Positions 6,631-9,565 of a stretch of 9,565 bases of DNA are shown here, one piece after another. A program made the translations under genes and the position numbers. The DNA lies in NCBI GenBank assembly GCA_051294375.1, contig JBJCIZ010000366.1, forward strand, positions 1 to 9,565, written 5' to 3'. Under the pieces are notes generated by a model. That model was not told where the DNA came from. It was given only the letters and a program-made list of their open reading frames with translations, and made no database searches. Positions within the stretch are counted from its first letter, which is position 1. Every line of letters starts with the position of its first letter. This DNA comes from Paraspadella gotoi. Lineage: Eukaryota > Animalia > Chaetognatha.

Positions 6631-8005
6631 TGGAATACGGTAAATCCAGAAGAAAACATTGAATAAACATAAAGAAATAGAATGGAGATCAAAAAGAAAA
6701 TTTAGTGGATAAATTCATATAAAGAAGGAGAGCAATAATCTCAATGATTTTAAAAGAAGGAATAAAATAATTAAAAGAGTTAACAAAAGTGACGGCCAGT
6801 TACAAGTTATCAAAAAAAATAAGTTAAACAATGATTAATACCATGAATATAAAATAATAAGTATAATAAATATAAATTCATATGAAATATTTTTTTTCTT
6901 GTAAAACCAGCATAATTTTATACAATCTGTTTATAGGATACAAGAACTTTGGAATATAAGTCGAAGAAGGAGCGCGAGAGGCAATGTGGACGAACTAATT
7001 AGGTTAATCTTCCTACCCAATGTACTCATAGATTATATACGAGTTTTTACATTTAAATGTATAAGTCATAAAATTGAGGAGATATTTTTTCTCTTCAGAA
7101 CTAACAAAAATTTAAGAGAGAAAAAGTACCATAATAATTAAGAAAGCTCTAGAAAGAGAAGCTGAAAGTTACAAAAAGTTTTTATTCTCAAGTAATTATC
7201 ACAGTAAGTAAGATAAGTTGAGAAAGGCATCTCCTTCATGTCGATATCAGAGAATCAATGATTTAACTCTAATTTAATGTTGAGACAGATCGGTAAAGAA
7301 AATTAATACCTGTTCTAGAATAAACGTTACTAAATAGAGATGAGAATAGTAAATATCTTATGTAGAACTCAATTATAATAAAATGTTTTCATTCAAAGTA
7401 ACACGAGAAAAACATTGACGAAGTAAACTTAACTGATCCAAGGATTTAAGAATTGCTCTGATTTGTTTTATGTAAGGTATTTATTAAATCAAAACTCGGT
7501 GATACTCGTAAGGCATAGAGTCAACCGTCAGTCAATCTAAATATAATAAAATTAAATCAAAGCTGACTGTCTAGATAAAACATGATAGATGGCTTGTATT
7601 AATTCTTTCATCAACAATATTTGAAGAAAAGTCGCAAAATAAGAAGCAAGAGAAACTCTTTGATTAAAAGAACTCAGAAACAAACAACATAATGATAATA
7701 TTTTTAATTGTTAACAGCAAGCAACGATGGAAACACTTGATGAGAATTAGCGTACCGAAAATAAGCTGCCGATGTTTTTATTTAAAAAAATTACTAATAG
7801 TCCTCTATTTGAGGATTAAGCCATTTAAAAAGTTATTATTTCGGTACTGATAGATGCAAGACAACCGCATAAGGAGCGTAAGGTAAGTTACAATTACTAA
7901 AACTCAAAAAAACCAATCCGAGGATAATTTTTCTATAATTTGAAAAAAACAAAGGTTGCCTCATGGAAATGCTCAAAACCCTCATACATCGGGTCGTGAG
8001 AATTA
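6631..8005 (+). mobile_element. Heavily decayed non-LTR retrotransposon (RTE-like) reverse transcriptase region
   Basis: Colinear relics of LINE ORF2 motifs across stops and frameshifts: WNTVNPEE (6631; cf. WNTG-IPEEW), IHIKKESNNLNDFK (~6713; cf. IPI-KKGD-C-NYR), YNLFIGYK (6921; cf. FIDYKKAFD), REAMW (6975), LPNVLIDYIRVF (7013; cf. IP-KLI-LIKSLY), VEKGI (7217; cf. GVRQG), NLMLRQIGKE (7271), RIVNILC (7343; precedes the lost YADD), SNDGNT..ELAYR (7720), LRIKPFKKLLF/SVLI (~7809), FEK..CLMEMLK (7939; cf. FE-KCLRRILKI). Confidence 0.75.
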
Positions 8006-9565
8006 TTAAAATAGAAAAGATCATTGCACTTATAAATTAGTACATCCGAAAAAGGCCTTTTTTATATAATTCGTTAATAGTAAATAGATAGTTGATAAAG
8101 AGAGGAAAAGCGAGAGCTCTAAAATGTGTAACAAACTCAGTCCGGTTTGAAAGCATTCATGTTTTACTGCTCTTCATATCTGGAGTTATATGTATTATAA
8201 AAATATAGTTTATATCACAGTCTTTTCATACTAATATTAATATAATTTTTGTATTTCAATTTATATACTTTATCATATTTGGACAATATTCGCCATGTAT
8301 AAGATTATGGATATTATCTGAGATACTAAATCTCTTCTCTCCGAAAATAAGGTTCAGATCTCTGAACTTTCGTAAAGCAAACAAAAAATAGCGTAGTTTG
8401 AAATTAATTTCCTAAACTGTTATCCTAGTAAAACTAGAAAAAAAAACTATTAAAAATTACACATCCCTGCAGCTACTAACAAAACTAATAAAATTATAAG
8501 AATTAATGAAATTATTAATAAAAAACAAGAAATATTATGTGAATAAGACCTAATTTGATTAGACAAAACAAAAACTAAAGCTCAATATGTATATCTATTA
8601 ATATAAAGACTCCGTTTTATGAAAAATGTCGCAATAGAATCCCGCCAGGTTCGCGTAGAAGTAGTGATTCTATTTCTGGACCTCGGCGGCTTGAGCGATG
8701 TCCTTTAGACATTAAAAGTAGCGATGATATACGTGGTATTCGACTATCGGTGATCTCTCATGTTCGATGCATTAAAGTTAAATATTTTATACGTAAAAAA
8801 TCTATTTATCTTATTCGTCTGATTTTGTTCGCGATACGTGAGATTTTTAATGAACACTCGATGTCTGGATATGATTTCCAACTTGTATGGAGAGACTACC
8901 ATTGTTCATATTATCGTCATCGTTTTTGTCGATCCCGATCCTAACACTGAGTCATCCAGCCAGATCTCAAAAAGATCAGTCATACGGCTAGGGGGCTTCG
9001 ATGATTACAATTACAAAGGCGATTTTTTACATTGTCTTATTTATTATGTTTGTTTGTTATCTACCTTGATTGGTGGTTGATTCACTTTCCTCGTTGCACG
9101 TTTTGTTATTATTCTCCAAACGCTTTTGCCAATTCTCTTTTTTCTTTATCAAAAATCTAAAAACTTTAAGATTAAGATTAAGACGGTACGATTGATTTTT
9201 ACGACAACTTTTCTTTGTTGTTTCTGAGTATCCATGGCGTAGGCGATCTCTTTCATTATGCTTTCTTGTTTAGTGCAGTAGAATAAAAACTAAAAATTTT
9301 CTTGAAATTTCAGAGAAAATTCCCTTACCCTCGAAAAGTTTTTGAAATCGAATAAGATTTGAAAACGAAAAATCAAACAAAGAAAGCATAAAAATAGCGC
9401 GATCTTTGTCTATTTAGATAAGTTTAGGAGATCGCGTCCTAGCACCGCATGTTATTTTCCGATAAAAAAAAATTTTCTTAATATTTTTTTGCGTTCCTCA
9501 AGATTTCGCCATTTTCAATGCTGTTTGTACTTTTTTCCTACACATGAAGATTGCTGATTGAATTA

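Noticed and set aside
5906-9004. 14-bp inverted match (5906-5919 vs 8991-9004) and 18/19-bp direct match (6043-6061 vs 8915-8933)
   Set aside because: The matches are in opposite orientations, do not extend, and define no consistent TIR, LTR or TSD; treated as probable coincidence.
4666-9080. Short track ORFs 4666-4854, 5894-6136, 7836-8024, 8750-8944 and 8838-9080
   Set aside because: 62-80 aa with non-ATG starts and no motifs; 7836-8024 is antisense to the LINE relic.

Overview
AT-rich eukaryotic (probably invertebrate) repeat-dominated DNA with no intact, recognisable host gene and no prokaryotic features. The left ~4.07 kb reads as one end of a virus-like element, most plausibly a divergent Polinton/Maverick (adintovirus-like). 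It holds a co-directional minus-strand cassette that only emerges when short ORFs are joined across single-base indels: a ~280-aa minor-capsid (penton)-like gene (3018->~2166) running into an Arg-rich protamine-like segment, a Lys/Glu/Gly-rich ORF (from 1876), and the start of a second penton-like gene (343->left edge). Upstream lie (GA)n tracts, a duplicated motif-rich control region and a candidate terminus at 4072. The right part holds a ~18-bp minisatellite (5100-5755), a hairpin, and a heavily decayed RTE-like non-LTR reverse transcriptase (6631-8005, +). All protein assignments are by eye against remembered family consensus patterns, not database searches. The diagnostic Polinton genes (pPolB, integrase, ATPase, major capsid, protease) are not in this window.
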